This document shows positions 30,085 through 39,731 of a stretch of 64,000 bases of DNA, one piece after another. Source of the DNA: Calditrichia bacterium (lineage in GTDB: Bacteria > Calditrichota > Calditrichia > RBG-13-44-9 > J075); contig JBOEGD010000024.1 of assembly GCA_050633245.1 (NCBI GenBank), positions 1-64,000 on the forward strand, written 5' to 3'. The notes beneath the pieces are model-generated. The model saw nothing but the letters and a program-made list of their open reading frames with translations. It had not been told where the DNA came from and did no database searches. Position 1 is the stretch's first letter. Each line of letters opens with the position of its first letter. Position numbers and translations under genes: made by a program.

Positions 30085-31353
30085 TTAGAAACGTTCTTCC
30101 GGCAAAACCAGTGATTCAACAATCAGTCGCGGACGCTTGGCCGGATCCGGATCATTATAACGATAGAAAGAAAAGAACTGTAGAGACGTTGTTTGTGAAA
30201 AGGACGTCAGATAAAATCCGGTAAATGCGCTGGTGTCGGTTGGTGAACTTAATTCCCGGCGCAAAAAGTTTGATGCAAGATCACGTCGTTCGCTGCCATC
30301 GGGAACCTGAAGACCTTTTAACGACAGCGTGGTATCAATATCAAATATATTTGTCAGGTCGATTACCCGGTCGGATAGAAAAGGAAATCCGGTAAAGGCG
30401 GTATCGACTTCAACACTGTTAATTAGATTCAATGGACTAATAAAGGGAACAAATCGTAGCCGCGTGCCGATGTCATCGTTGATATACGAATCAGTCTCAT
30501 CAAGCGTGAGCTGAATATTTGCGCTCTCGACGAGTGCTCTTCCACCGTATTTGCGGTTTAGACTGTCGATGTCGAAGGTATACAAAGAAGCCCATGGATT
30601 CAAGGTAGAAACCTGGGTTCGGCTCTCATCCCGCACAAAGTCGCCATCAAAAAGATATGCATCGCGGATTACCAAAATGGAGTCGCTAATAACTTCTCCA
30701 CCGATAGAGTAGGTGTAATACAGTCGCGCACCAAGATTCAGTGTGGCGTCACGTGCCTGAAACTCTTTGATAAAACCGGCATTGTTAAAATCCAGAACAA
30801 AGCCATTATTTGTAAGCTCATCGCCTGTTGTATCTCCTGCTGCAATCCACTCTTTAATAATAGATGTGTCGCTAATAACCATCACATTATCTAAGGAGTC
30901 TGCACTAAAGCCCGTTTTAAAGGTGCCAAGTGGTCTGCTGAAGTCTACCTGAGCGGGAAAGTTAATAAACGTAGCCGAAGTGTCGGTGTTCCACTCGCTC
31001 ATCATTGGATAGGCGGTAACCTGGATACTGTCCTGGGACGTTCCCTCGCGAACCGTTAGTGCATCGAACTCCACCCGCGCCGAGATCATCGATACGCTAT
31101 CCAAATTGAGGATCGTTGGAAAGGGGGAAAACGTCATAACAGGGCGAAAGGTATAGCCGCGTGCAGATCCGAGTAAAACTCGGCTGGAGCTGAATGTCGC
31201 GATAATTTGATCTACCGGAACAGTTGCATCCGAAGTGGCATAAAGCGTGTCGCGAACGAGTTCAGAAGATGGCAGCTGCAGCTGCAGCGGGTCTTCTGTA
31301 CAACCCCAGTTTGCTAAACCGCTAAGAACAATAAGGAAAAAAATCCGTTTCAT
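30085..31353 (-). CDS. Lipoprotein, DUF4270-like
   Basis: Lipobox-like NWG-C with acidic residues following; S..VLLG motif; SA.I.L; terminal RPRL.V. Confidence 0.6.
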   Translation of the reverse strand: MKRIFFLIVLSGLANWGCTEDPLQLQLPSSELVRDTLYATSDATVPVDQIIATFSSSRVLLGSARGYTFRPVMTFSPFPTILNLDSVSMISARVEFDALTVREGTSQDSIQVTAYPMMSEWNTDTSATFINFPAQVDFSRPLGTFKTGFSADSLDNVMVISDTSIIKEWIAAGDTTGDELTNNGFVLDFNNAGFIKEFQARDATLNLGARLYYTYSIGGEVISDSILVIRDAYLFDGDFVRDESRTQVSTLNPWASLYTFDIDSLNRKYGGRALVESANIQLTLDETDSYINDDIGTRLRFVPFISPLNLINSVEVDTAFTGFPFLSDRVIDLTNIFDIDTTLSLKGLQVPDGSERRDLASNFLRRELSSPTDTSAFTGFYLTSFSQTTSLQFFSFYRYNDPDPAKRPRLIVESLVLPEERF

Positions 31354-31603
31354 GCGTGCATCTTTCTTTCAGTCGTCTTGGTCTAAAAAATTTACAAAAT
31401 AGTTTCAAATGTAAGACACCAGTACTTGGAATACAATACGCATTCTAAAAACGTTCTGTCGTGCCCCGGTTCGTATACCGCAGATGCTCGATGAGGTTCC
31501 ATTTGAAATGATGTTATAACGGATGAATTATGAATGTAGATTTATGATTCCAATTACATGCAGAGACATAATAGCATTTTTCTTTCATCGCCTCAATCAG
31601 ATT

Positions 31604-32542
31604 CTACTCGTAGTGTGCCATTTTTAAACTCTTATAAATTGCCAGATAATTATCATAGCGCTCGGGCAGGAATTCTCCCTGCTCAACGGCTTCTTTCACC
31701 GCACAGCCAGGCTCTTTAACATGTTGGCAGTCTGCAAATTTACATTCCATCGAGATTGCAGCGATATCGCAAAAGTATTCGGGAAGATCGCGTTTATAGA
31801 TCTCCCATAGTCCAAGTTCGCGTACGCCCGGTGTATCAATTACAAAGCTTTTGTTTTTCAAAGGATAAAGCTCAGCGGCTGTTGTGGTGTGTTGGCCTTT
31901 GTTGGTGCGTTCGCTGATTTCCCCCAGTCGAATGTCTAATGACGGTGCGATGGCCTTTATGAGGGAACTCTTGCCAACGCCGGAGTGCCCAACAATGGCT
32001 GTTACTGCATTGCTCAGCACGACTTCCAATGCTTTTACGCCTGCGCCGGTTTCGGCTGATGTGAACAAAAAAGAATAGCCAATTTTTTCGTAATATTCTG
32101 CATATCGCAAAAACTCCGCTTTATCGGCAAGATCAATCTTATTCAGGCAGATGAGCGCATTAAGCTCATTTTTCTCTGCGATGACCAAATAACGATCGAG
32201 TATCCCCGGCTTGAAGGCCGGACTCTTTGCAGAAAGAATGATAAGCAGTTGATCTATGTTTGCAGCAATAATGTGCTCGTGGTGGGCACGGCTTTCGATT
32301 GTTCGAGATAGCTGCGAGGTTCTGGGATGAACTTCTTCTATAATTCCCTTAATGTCTGTATTGGGATCAGAGTTGAGCGAGATGTCTACATTATCACCGG
32401 CCTTGATGGGTGTGAATCCCGATTTTTTGCCCGCGAGCTTACCGCGAAGCGTGCAGGTGATTCGCTCATTGTCCACCAGAACGATGTAGGTCATTCTGGT
32501 GGCGGTTAATACTTTTCCGGTTTTCACGAGGGAGGTCGTCAT
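31604..32542 (-). CDS. rsgA: Small ribosomal subunit biogenesis GTPase
   Basis: AANID, NKIDL, GHSGVGKSS, GQHTTT, DTPG, CKFADCQH..EPGC; start moved to ATG 32542, which removes the overlap with PBP1A. Confidence 0.96.
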   Translation of the reverse strand: MTTSLVKTGKVLTATRMTYIVLVDNERITCTLRGKLAGKKSGFTPIKAGDNVDISLNSDPNTDIKGIIEEVHPRTSQLSRTIESRAHHEHIIAANIDQLLIILSAKSPAFKPGILDRYLVIAEKNELNALICLNKIDLADKAEFLRYAEYYEKIGYSFLFTSAETGAGVKALEVVLSNAVTAIVGHSGVGKSSLIKAIAPSLDIRLGEISERTNKGQHTTTAAELYPLKNKSFVIDTPGVRELGLWEIYKRDLPEYFCDIAAISMECKFADCQHVKEPGCAVKEAVEQGEFLPERYDNYLAIYKSLKMAHYE

Positions 32543-32552
32543 GCTGGAACGG

Positions 32553-34706
32553 TTAGAATCCAAAGAGATTACGGGATTTGCGCTGATTACCCGCAATATG
32601 GATGTCGCAGCTACCCGAGACGCGAAACTTATTGTTGAAAATTTCAGAATATACATCCGGGCATGAACTGACTGCACGCTTTCCGCTTTCTCTACAGACT
32701 TCCAGGCGAGAAACGTCTGGTGGTTGTTTAAAGTTGTCTGCGGGGATTTTCTCGGCATCGTACAGCGTCTTCATAAAGTCGCCCCAGAATGGCAGCGCAG
32801 CGCGTGAACCAACTCCCTCAGGCCCCATCTTCAGTTCAGGAGAATCCAGACCTACCCATACACCGGCAGTTACGTTTGGCGTATATCCAATAAACCAGGC
32901 ATCGGCATAATCGTTTGTTGTCCCGGTTTTTCCGGCAGCGGGTGCGCGGAAATTGTAGAGTGAGCGAATGCGGATACCGGTTCCATGGTCAATTACATCG
33001 CTCAACATATCTGTCATGATATAAGCACTGGCGCGGCTGATAACTTCCTGACGCTTTGGAAAGCGCTCATAAATAACGTTGCCGTAGCGATCTTCAACGC
33101 GTCTAATAAAAATGGGATCGACGCGCACGCCGTTGTTTGCCAATACACCAAATGCATTTACCATTTCGATAGGAATGGTTCCGGTACTGCCCATAGCCAG
33201 ACTGGGATAAGGCTCCAGTGACGTGCTGATCCCCATTCGTCGCGCATAATTCACTACTTGCTGCGGTCCGATATCCAAAATTAAACGCGCGGCGATAATG
33301 TTTAATGATTTTTTAACGCCGGTACGCAGACTGGTGAGCCCGCCAAATGTGCGATCATAGTTTTCGGGCGTCCAGCGCGAGCCGTCTCCGTTGTTGATCA
33401 CGACCGGCTGATTCAACAGCTTGTCGATTGGCGTGTAGCCATTGTCAATTGCAGCGGTGTAAAGAAACGGTTTGAAGGTCGAGCCTGGCTGTCGGCGCGC
33501 CTGTAGAGCACGATTAAACTTTGTCTTCTTAAAATCGCGTCCACCAATCATTGCTTTTACTTCACCCGTGCGATGATCCATAGCGATAAAGGCAATCTGC
33601 AGAATGCTTTTTTCCATGAAGGCAGAGTCGCTGATTGCTTCACCGGTTTCTTTCTCTTTCTTTCTAAACTCGGATTTTAAATACTTGCGCACCTTTGCCT
33701 GAATGTCCGGCATTTGACGGGCAACCGCGCTGTCCATAGCAGCTTGATAACCGCTATGCAAAGTGGTAAACACATTCAGTCCGTCTTCATACACATCGAT
33801 GTTCAGAGAATCCTGCAGGGCATTTAGCTCCTGACGTACATGCTCGGTAAAATAAGGAGCAGTTCCGACGCCGAGTTTCCAGTTGCGTGCCTCAATATCA
33901 ATAACCTTCAGACTGTCATAGGTTTGCCGAGTCAGGTCCTTTGTGACAAACATATTGTGCATAACGACATTTCGACGCAGTTTTGCGCGCTCAGGATGTC
34001 TGGCAGGATTATAAACAGCAGGTCCTTTTAACAGACCAACAAGCAAGGCACCTTCTTCAATACTCAGTTCACTCGCTTCTTTGTCGAAATAACGACGTGC
34101 CGCACTCTGCAGACCGTAAGAACCTCTGCCAAAGTAGGCGACGTTGAGATACATCTCCAGAATTTCACGTTTGGAATAGGTGCGTTCTATCTGTATCGCG
34201 GTAATTGCTTCGCGAATTTTACGGGTGATGCTTCTTTCAAAGCCGATCTTTTTCTGATAGAGATTGCGAGCGACTTGCATGGTTATGGTACTGGAACCCT
34301 GACTGAAACTCATGTTGCGTAAATTTACCAATGCTGCTCGGGGGACTCGTTTTACATTTATTCCCCAATGATCAAAGAATTCCCGATCTTCAGTGGCAAG
34401 GGTTGCTTCCATGACATGTTCAGGAACATTGTCCAGAGAAACCCAGATGCGATTGTTGCGATAAAGCTCGTGCATCACTTTACCGTCGGAAGAGAAAAGA
34501 CGGGTAACCTGTGCGGGATTTACGTTCTCCAGATCATCCAGCGGGGGCAGGCCATTGTAGATAAAAATGCTATAGGCAAGTAATGCGATTGCTGCGATGC
34601 TCAAAAAGCCGAGGAGAATACGTTTTTTCCAGGGATTGATCGGCTCTTGATAGTTGAAAGACTCTTCAGCCGGCTCAGATTGGCGTTCAAGAAAATATTC
34701 AGACAT
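32553..34706 (-). CDS. Class A penicillin-binding protein (PBP1A family)
   Basis: TM anchor; TEDREFF.H.G and GSSTITMQ transglycosylase motifs; SxxK (GSTFKP), SLN, KTGT. Confidence 0.96.
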   Translation of the reverse strand: MSEYFLERQSEPAEESFNYQEPINPWKKRILLGFLSIAAIALLAYSIFIYNGLPPLDDLENVNPAQVTRLFSSDGKVMHELYRNNRIWVSLDNVPEHVMEATLATEDREFFDHWGINVKRVPRAALVNLRNMSFSQGSSTITMQVARNLYQKKIGFERSITRKIREAITAIQIERTYSKREILEMYLNVAYFGRGSYGLQSAARRYFDKEASELSIEEGALLVGLLKGPAVYNPARHPERAKLRRNVVMHNMFVTKDLTRQTYDSLKVIDIEARNWKLGVGTAPYFTEHVRQELNALQDSLNIDVYEDGLNVFTTLHSGYQAAMDSAVARQMPDIQAKVRKYLKSEFRKKEKETGEAISDSAFMEKSILQIAFIAMDHRTGEVKAMIGGRDFKKTKFNRALQARRQPGSTFKPFLYTAAIDNGYTPIDKLLNQPVVINNGDGSRWTPENYDRTFGGLTSLRTGVKKSLNIIAARLILDIGPQQVVNYARRMGISTSLEPYPSLAMGSTGTIPIEMVNAFGVLANNGVRVDPIFIRRVEDRYGNVIYERFPKRQEVISRASAYIMTDMLSDVIDHGTGIRIRSLYNFRAPAAGKTGTTNDYADAWFIGYTPNVTAGVWVGLDSPELKMGPEGVGSRAALPFWGDFMKTLYDAEKIPADNFKQPPDVSRLEVCRESGKRAVSSCPDVYSEIFNNKFRVSGSCDIHIAGNQRKSRNLFGF

Positions 34707-34927
34707 AGTTGTACCATTTTTATATGCGTATTGTATCTATTGAAACTGGACCAGCAGCGTATTTCGACCAGTTCTCCACGTGTTCAGGGGCACGAAATTA
34801 ATTTATAAAAAACATAGCCTATTACCTAGATCAAATAAAGTTGATTGTGCTATGCCGATAATAGATAGACTCTAAAACTGCCGATTTTTATTTACTTCTG
34901 TTTTTACTGTAAAACCGGGGATCTCTT

Positions 34928-36607
34928 GTGCTTAAAGCACTTTCTACACTCTTGCTATTCTGCTTATTGCTTGCAGGCTGCAGTAGCAGTAAGCCCTTTG
35001 TCGAAACGAAGCCGGTTCCCGAAAGTTCCTCTGTCTCTTCTCCTGCCGAACAACACTATCTTGCTGGTGCCTTATTCGACTTTGAAGATAAATACCACCA
35101 GGCGCTGTTGGAATATTACAAGGCACTGGTTTACGACTCTACGTCCGCGCAGGTAAATATGGCAATCGGACGTGACCTTTTTCGCATTCGGCAGTTTCAA
35201 AATGCTGTTACGTACTTAAAACGCGCTCTTCAGTTCAATCCTGAACATGAAGAAGCGCTGTATTTCCTCGGTGAGAGCAATACCCATATGCAGAATTTTG
35301 GACATGCGACAACAGCCTTCGAGCGGTTGTATGCGATAAAACCATTCCATCCACTATATCGCGGAAAGCTCGAACGGCTTTATGAGAAGATTGGCAGCAT
35401 CGATAAGTTGGTGATGTTGAAAGAAGAGACGGTTGAGAAATTTGGACTGTCTCACGAGTCTGCCTATCAGCTGCTTACACTTTACATGCGCGCCAATCGC
35501 TTCAACAGCGCCAGAGAGTTGCTTGAACGCATCCTCGAGATTGAGCCGGACAAGGCGCTGCATTGGTCGGTTTACGGCAATATTCTGGAGGTGGAACGCG
35601 ATACGACGGCTGCTGTGCAGGCCTACCGAAAAGCGCTGGAATACGAGCCGTTTAACAGCAAGGCACAGCAGCAGCTTTTTATGCTGCTATTGGATAACAA
35701 AAACTCCCGCGCTGTAGTTCGTTATTTTAGTGAGTTGGTGCAGCTGGATGGCAGCAACCACCAGGCGCGTCTGTTTTTGGCTGAAGGCTATCTTTATCAG
35801 GAGAACTTTACCGCCGCTATTGCCGCGATTCAGCCGGCGTTGGAAGTATCTCGCTATCGTGCTTCAGCACACCAACTCTTGGGGCGTATTGCTGTATCTC
35901 GTAATCAGCCACAGGAAGCAATGACGCATTTTCGTGCGCTCACCGAACTCGAGCCGGATAATCGTCAGGCTTGGGAGCTGTTGGGCGTGTTTCATCTACA
36001 GCTGGATGATACCGAGACTGCAGCCGACGTTCTGGGAAGAGCCGCAGAGCGATTTCCCGCGGATGCTCGCCTACTTTCGTTGTATGGCAATGCGTTACAG
36101 CGCTCCGGCCGCTATCGCGATGGACTTGAACCCCTGCAGCGCGCGCAGTTTCTTGATCCGGAAGACCTCACCACAATTCTTACCCTCGGGCTTGTCTATG
36201 AAAACTTACGAATGTTTAGTCATCTGGATTCCCTTTACAGTCAGGCACTGGACCGCTACCCGGAAAATGCTCTCCTCTTAAATAACTATAGTTACTCGTT
36301 GGTCGATCGAGGTGTCGAGCTGCAAAAGGCGCTTGCTCTTGCCCAACGTGCAATTGAGCTGGAGCCGGATAACGGTGCCTACATGGATACAATTGGCTGG
36401 ATTTACTATCATCTCGAAGATTATGATGCCGCATTAAGCTATATAAAAAAGGCGGTCCGGCAGCGACAGGAAAGTGCTGTGGTTCTGGAACACCTTGGTG
36501 ATGTCTATTATCGACTGGGTAATTTAACCCAGGCAATTCACTATTGGCGCCTCGCATTAGAGAAAGATCCCGAGAATACCTCGTTGCTACAGAAAGTTGA
36601 AAAATAA
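34928..36607 (+). CDS. TPR lipoprotein (LbcA-like)
   Basis: Lipobox LLAG-C; many TPRs; C-terminal LNNYSY.L...A....P.N.AY.DT.GW.YY and EHLGDVY motifs. Confidence 0.88.
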   Translation: MLKALSTLLLFCLLLAGCSSSKPFVETKPVPESSSVSSPAEQHYLAGALFDFEDKYHQALLEYYKALVYDSTSAQVNMAIGRDLFRIRQFQNAVTYLKRALQFNPEHEEALYFLGESNTHMQNFGHATTAFERLYAIKPFHPLYRGKLERLYEKIGSIDKLVMLKEETVEKFGLSHESAYQLLTLYMRANRFNSARELLERILEIEPDKALHWSVYGNILEVERDTTAAVQAYRKALEYEPFNSKAQQQLFMLLLDNKNSRAVVRYFSELVQLDGSNHQARLFLAEGYLYQENFTAAIAAIQPALEVSRYRASAHQLLGRIAVSRNQPQEAMTHFRALTELEPDNRQAWELLGVFHLQLDDTETAADVLGRAAERFPADARLLSLYGNALQRSGRYRDGLEPLQRAQFLDPEDLTTILTLGLVYENLRMFSHLDSLYSQALDRYPENALLLNNYSYSLVDRGVELQKALALAQRAIELEPDNGAYMDTIGWIYYHLEDYDAALSYIKKAVRQRQESAVVLEHLGDVYYRLGNLTQAIHYWRLALEKDPENTSLLQKVEK

Positions 36608-36700
36608 GTTGCTCGCCTTTGACGATTTATTAATATTGATCCACTGGGAAGTAAGCCACCAGAAAGATTACGTAAATCGTTAAAAACCGGAAAGTCACGT

Positions 36701-37504
36701 ATGCCAATCCTTCAGTTCGTTTTACGCAAACAAAAGAGAATTTTGCTCGCAATCGCCTGCTGTCTGTTTTTTGCCGGATGTGCCGGAAGTGGTATGCGAA
36801 ATTTCGGTGTAAAGCCGTTTCTGAACTCTTTGGATACCTGGCCGGAAGAATATCAGTCGAACTTTGAACAAATTCGCACTTTCTCTGGTTCAGCTCGACT
36901 GTCGATTGAATCGGAACAGTTCAATGGAAACGTTTCTTTGAAAACGAACTGGGTTCGTCCGGATAGGCTTTATCTTCAGGCTGAAGGCCCGCTTGGCCTT
37001 GATGTTGGCAAAATATTTATTGGTGAAAACCGATTTATGGTCTACAATCAGTACAATAATCATTTTACCTCGGGCAGTATTCGCGACCCTTATTTAAATC
37101 GCTTTATGCAGACCAATATTACGCTGAGCGAACTTCGCCATACCGTACTTGGCTACGTGCTCGAACCCGATTCTCCCAAGCAGCTCACCAATCGCACGCA
37201 CGGAATTTTCACAGCACGGTCGATTGAAGATGATATTGACTATCGCTATGTGGTGAACCCGGAGAGTGGTTTACTCGAAACCTGTGAGTTGAGCAGAGAA
37301 TCCCGCGTCTTTTTGCGACAGGATTTTAAGAATTATCGCAATATAGACGGCATCTATCTGCCAATGATTATTCAAATTACGCTTCCCGATCAGAAAGAGC
37401 GTATTTCTATTTTCTATAAATCCGTAGAACTTAATCGGCCGCTGGATTTGGCTAAGCACACCATTGAAATCAGCAGCAAAGTGCAACAACTCAACCTGAA
37501 TTAA
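36701..37504 (+). CDS. DUF4292-family lipoprotein (LolB-like fold inferred)
   Basis: Lipobox FAG-C; GPLG..VG..F motif; position directly after the TPR lipoprotein. Confidence 0.7.
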   Translation: MPILQFVLRKQKRILLAIACCLFFAGCAGSGMRNFGVKPFLNSLDTWPEEYQSNFEQIRTFSGSARLSIESEQFNGNVSLKTNWVRPDRLYLQAEGPLGLDVGKIFIGENRFMVYNQYNNHFTSGSIRDPYLNRFMQTNITLSELRHTVLGYVLEPDSPKQLTNRTHGIFTARSIEDDIDYRYVVNPESGLLETCELSRESRVFLRQDFKNYRNIDGIYLPMIIQITLPDQKERISIFYKSVELNRPLDLAKHTIEISSKVQQLNLN

Positions 37505-37511
37505 TCCCCCT

Positions 37512-38441
37512 ATGGAAATATCTGTTGTTATCCCTGCTTATAATGAAGCAGAGTCGCTGCCGGAGTTGATGAAGCAGCTGACCACCAGTTTACAAGCTCT
37601 GAATATGACCTACGAGATTATCGTGGTTGATGACGGTAGCAGTGATGGCTCTGATGAGCTGTTGCGATCTCTGTCTGCTGAATACCCGCACCTCAAGGCA
37701 CTCATCTTTCGTCGGAATTACGGAAAGAGTCCGGCTTTATCGGAGGGCTTTCGCGAGGCACGAGGCAAATTCGTCATCACGATGGATGGCGATTTGCAGG
37801 ATGACCCCAAGGAAATTCCCAATCTGCTCGCCAAGCTCGATGAAGGTTACGACCTGGTTTCCGGTTGGAAAAAGAAGCGGCACGATCCGCTGTCCAAACG
37901 ATTACCTTCAAAGTTATTTAACTATATTGTGTCACGCGCTGCCAAGCTGGATCTAAACGATTTTAACTGTGGGTTGAAAGCATATCGCAATGAGGTTGTG
38001 AAAGATTTGCAGGTCTATGGTGAACTGCATCGCTTTTTACCGTTCCTGGCAAATGCCAAGGGCTATCGCGTAAGCGAAATCCCGGTGCAGCATCACCCAC
38101 GGGTGCACGGTGTAAGCAAATATGGCGCGAAACGTTATCTGAATGGCGCATTCGATTTGATGACGGTTCTCTTTCTCACCCGGTTCCGCACATCACCACT
38201 GCATATCTTTGGCACTATTGGTTTAATGAGCTTTCTGACAGGATTTTTAATCGAATCCTATCTTATCTCATTATGGCTTATGGGCGAGGGGATAGGCAGA
38301 CGTCCGCTGTTTTTGTGGGGAATTTTTATGATTTTGATGGGCGTGCAGTTTGTGGGGTTTGGGCTTATTGCTGAAATGATCTCTGCCGGCCAGGCGGAGA
38401 ACGTGCGCTATACCATTCGTGAGGTTATCGGCGGAGACTGA
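37512..38441 (+). CDS. GT2 polyprenol-phosphate glycosyltransferase (ArnC/GtrB-like)
   Basis: VVIPAYNE, VDDGS.D, RNYGKS.AL, MDGDLQDDP, two C-terminal TM helices. Confidence 0.93.
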   Translation: MEISVVIPAYNEAESLPELMKQLTTSLQALNMTYEIIVVDDGSSDGSDELLRSLSAEYPHLKALIFRRNYGKSPALSEGFREARGKFVITMDGDLQDDPKEIPNLLAKLDEGYDLVSGWKKKRHDPLSKRLPSKLFNYIVSRAAKLDLNDFNCGLKAYRNEVVKDLQVYGELHRFLPFLANAKGYRVSEIPVQHHPRVHGVSKYGAKRYLNGAFDLMTVLFLTRFRTSPLHIFGTIGLMSFLTGFLIESYLISLWLMGEGIGRRPLFLWGIFMILMGVQFVGFGLIAEMISAGQAENVRYTIREVIGGD

Positions 38442-38483
38442 GCTTGGGCTGCTTCGCTGGTTTCTTCTTGAGGCTATTCTACT

Positions 38484-39518
38484 ATGAACCGCTATTCCTT
38501 CTTCTCGATTATCGTACCTTCCTATAATCGTCTCGATGAAATTACCGAGATGCTCACATCTATTCAACAAATGGATTTCCCGCCCAATCGCTTCGAATTA
38601 ATTATTGCTGATGACGGCTCAACAGACGCCACGGCGGAATACATTCGCAGCCAAACGGATAATTGCGCATTCTCTCTGAGGCTGCTGCAGCAGGAGAATC
38701 AAGGTCCGGGGGCAGCCAGAAATCTGGGGCTTGCCGCGGCTGAAGGCGATTTCTTTATCTTCATTGATTCAGACTGCACCGTTGCGCCAAACTGGCTTCG
38801 GGCGATTGACAAAGGGCTGAGCGCTGAACAGGCTGATGCCTTTGGTGGTCCCGATTCGTATCGTGAGGATTTTTCTTCATTGCTTAAGGCAATTAATTAC
38901 TCGATGACCTCATTTTTGACCACTGGTGGTATTCGCGGTGGTAAGAAGCGAATTGGCAAATTCTATCCGCGTAGTTTCAATATGGGATTATCACGGGCGG
39001 TATATGAGAAAATCGGTGGTTTCGGAGGACTTCGCCATGGACAGGATATTGAGTTTAGTCATCGCATTATAAAAAGTGGTGCTCGTGTTCGTCTAATAGA
39101 AAATGCGGTAGTCTTTCACAAACGCCGCACATCTTTACGCAAATTCTTCCGACAGGTATTTAATTGGGGCATAGCTCGTATTAATCTGTACAAGATTGAT
39201 AACGCGATGTTGGAGCTTGTGCATGCCTTACCGGCAATTGCCACATTTGGTTTCCTTGTTTTGGCTGTTGCGGCCTGTTTTTCTTCGGTAATATTAACCC
39301 TTCTTGGCGGGCTGGTGGCTTTAGCTATGCTGCTTATAGCGCTGTCCGCAATGCATTCGATGATCGTCTACAAAGACTGGAAACAACTATTTTTGCTTCC
39401 GGTGGTTATGCCGACGCAAATTCTTGGCTATGGGTTGGGTTTTGGAATTGCGTATATCTTGCGGGTTGTGTTTAATGGTGCTGTTTTTACTGGGTTTACG
39501 AAAAAATACTATCATTGA
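38484..39518 (+). CDS. GT2 glycosyltransferase with C-terminal TM helices
   Basis: SIIVPSYNR, DDGSTD, GPGAARN, FIDSDC, FYPRSFNMG, FFRQV. Confidence 0.93.
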   Translation: MNRYSFFSIIVPSYNRLDEITEMLTSIQQMDFPPNRFELIIADDGSTDATAEYIRSQTDNCAFSLRLLQQENQGPGAARNLGLAAAEGDFFIFIDSDCTVAPNWLRAIDKGLSAEQADAFGGPDSYREDFSSLLKAINYSMTSFLTTGGIRGGKKRIGKFYPRSFNMGLSRAVYEKIGGFGGLRHGQDIEFSHRIIKSGARVRLIENAVVFHKRRTSLRKFFRQVFNWGIARINLYKIDNAMLELVHALPAIATFGFLVLAVAACFSSVILTLLGGLVALAMLLIALSAMHSMIVYKDWKQLFLLPVVMPTQILGYGLGFGIAYILRVVFNGAVFTGFTKKYYH

Positions 39519-39525
39519 TTAGCAC

Positions 39526-39592
39526 AAAAAAAACAGGGGACGATGAATCGTCCCCTGCGGAGTTGGGAGGGAGGTTTTGACCTCGAAAGGTC
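39526..39592 (-). ncRNA. Candidate small regulatory RNA (~67 nt)
   Basis: Predicted transcript GACCU-UUCG-AGGUC AAAACCUCCCUCCCAACUCCG CAGGGGACGA-UUCA-UCGUCCCCUG U8, lying between its own promoter and terminator; no ORF. Confidence 0.7.
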
Positions 39593-39597
39593 AAAGG

Positions 39598-39626
39598 AAT
39601 ATAGCTTTTGTGTAGATTTTTGTCAA
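39598..39626 (-). promoter_or_regulatory. Near-consensus sigma70 promoter of the candidate sRNA
   Basis: TTGACA-N17-TATATT with an upstream A-tract (UP-like). Confidence 0.75.
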
Positions 39627-39731
39627 GTGATTTTTTTAACTTTCTCAGCGAATAGTCAGTGTGTAGGTAAATAGACATAAATTTGTAACGCAAATTGAAC
39701 ATTAGATTTGTATGAAGCCTTGAGTGGAAAT

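Noticed and set aside
22625-31505. Two AAATGGAAC motifs (about 22625 + and 31504 -) as ECF-sigma -35 boxes
   Set aside because: The downstream -10 regions do not agree in sequence or spacing; two instances are insufficient
32543-32758. N-terminal extension of RsgA overlapping PBP1A
   Set aside because: Non-homologous sequence overlapping another gene; ATG 32542 gives a normal-length RsgA
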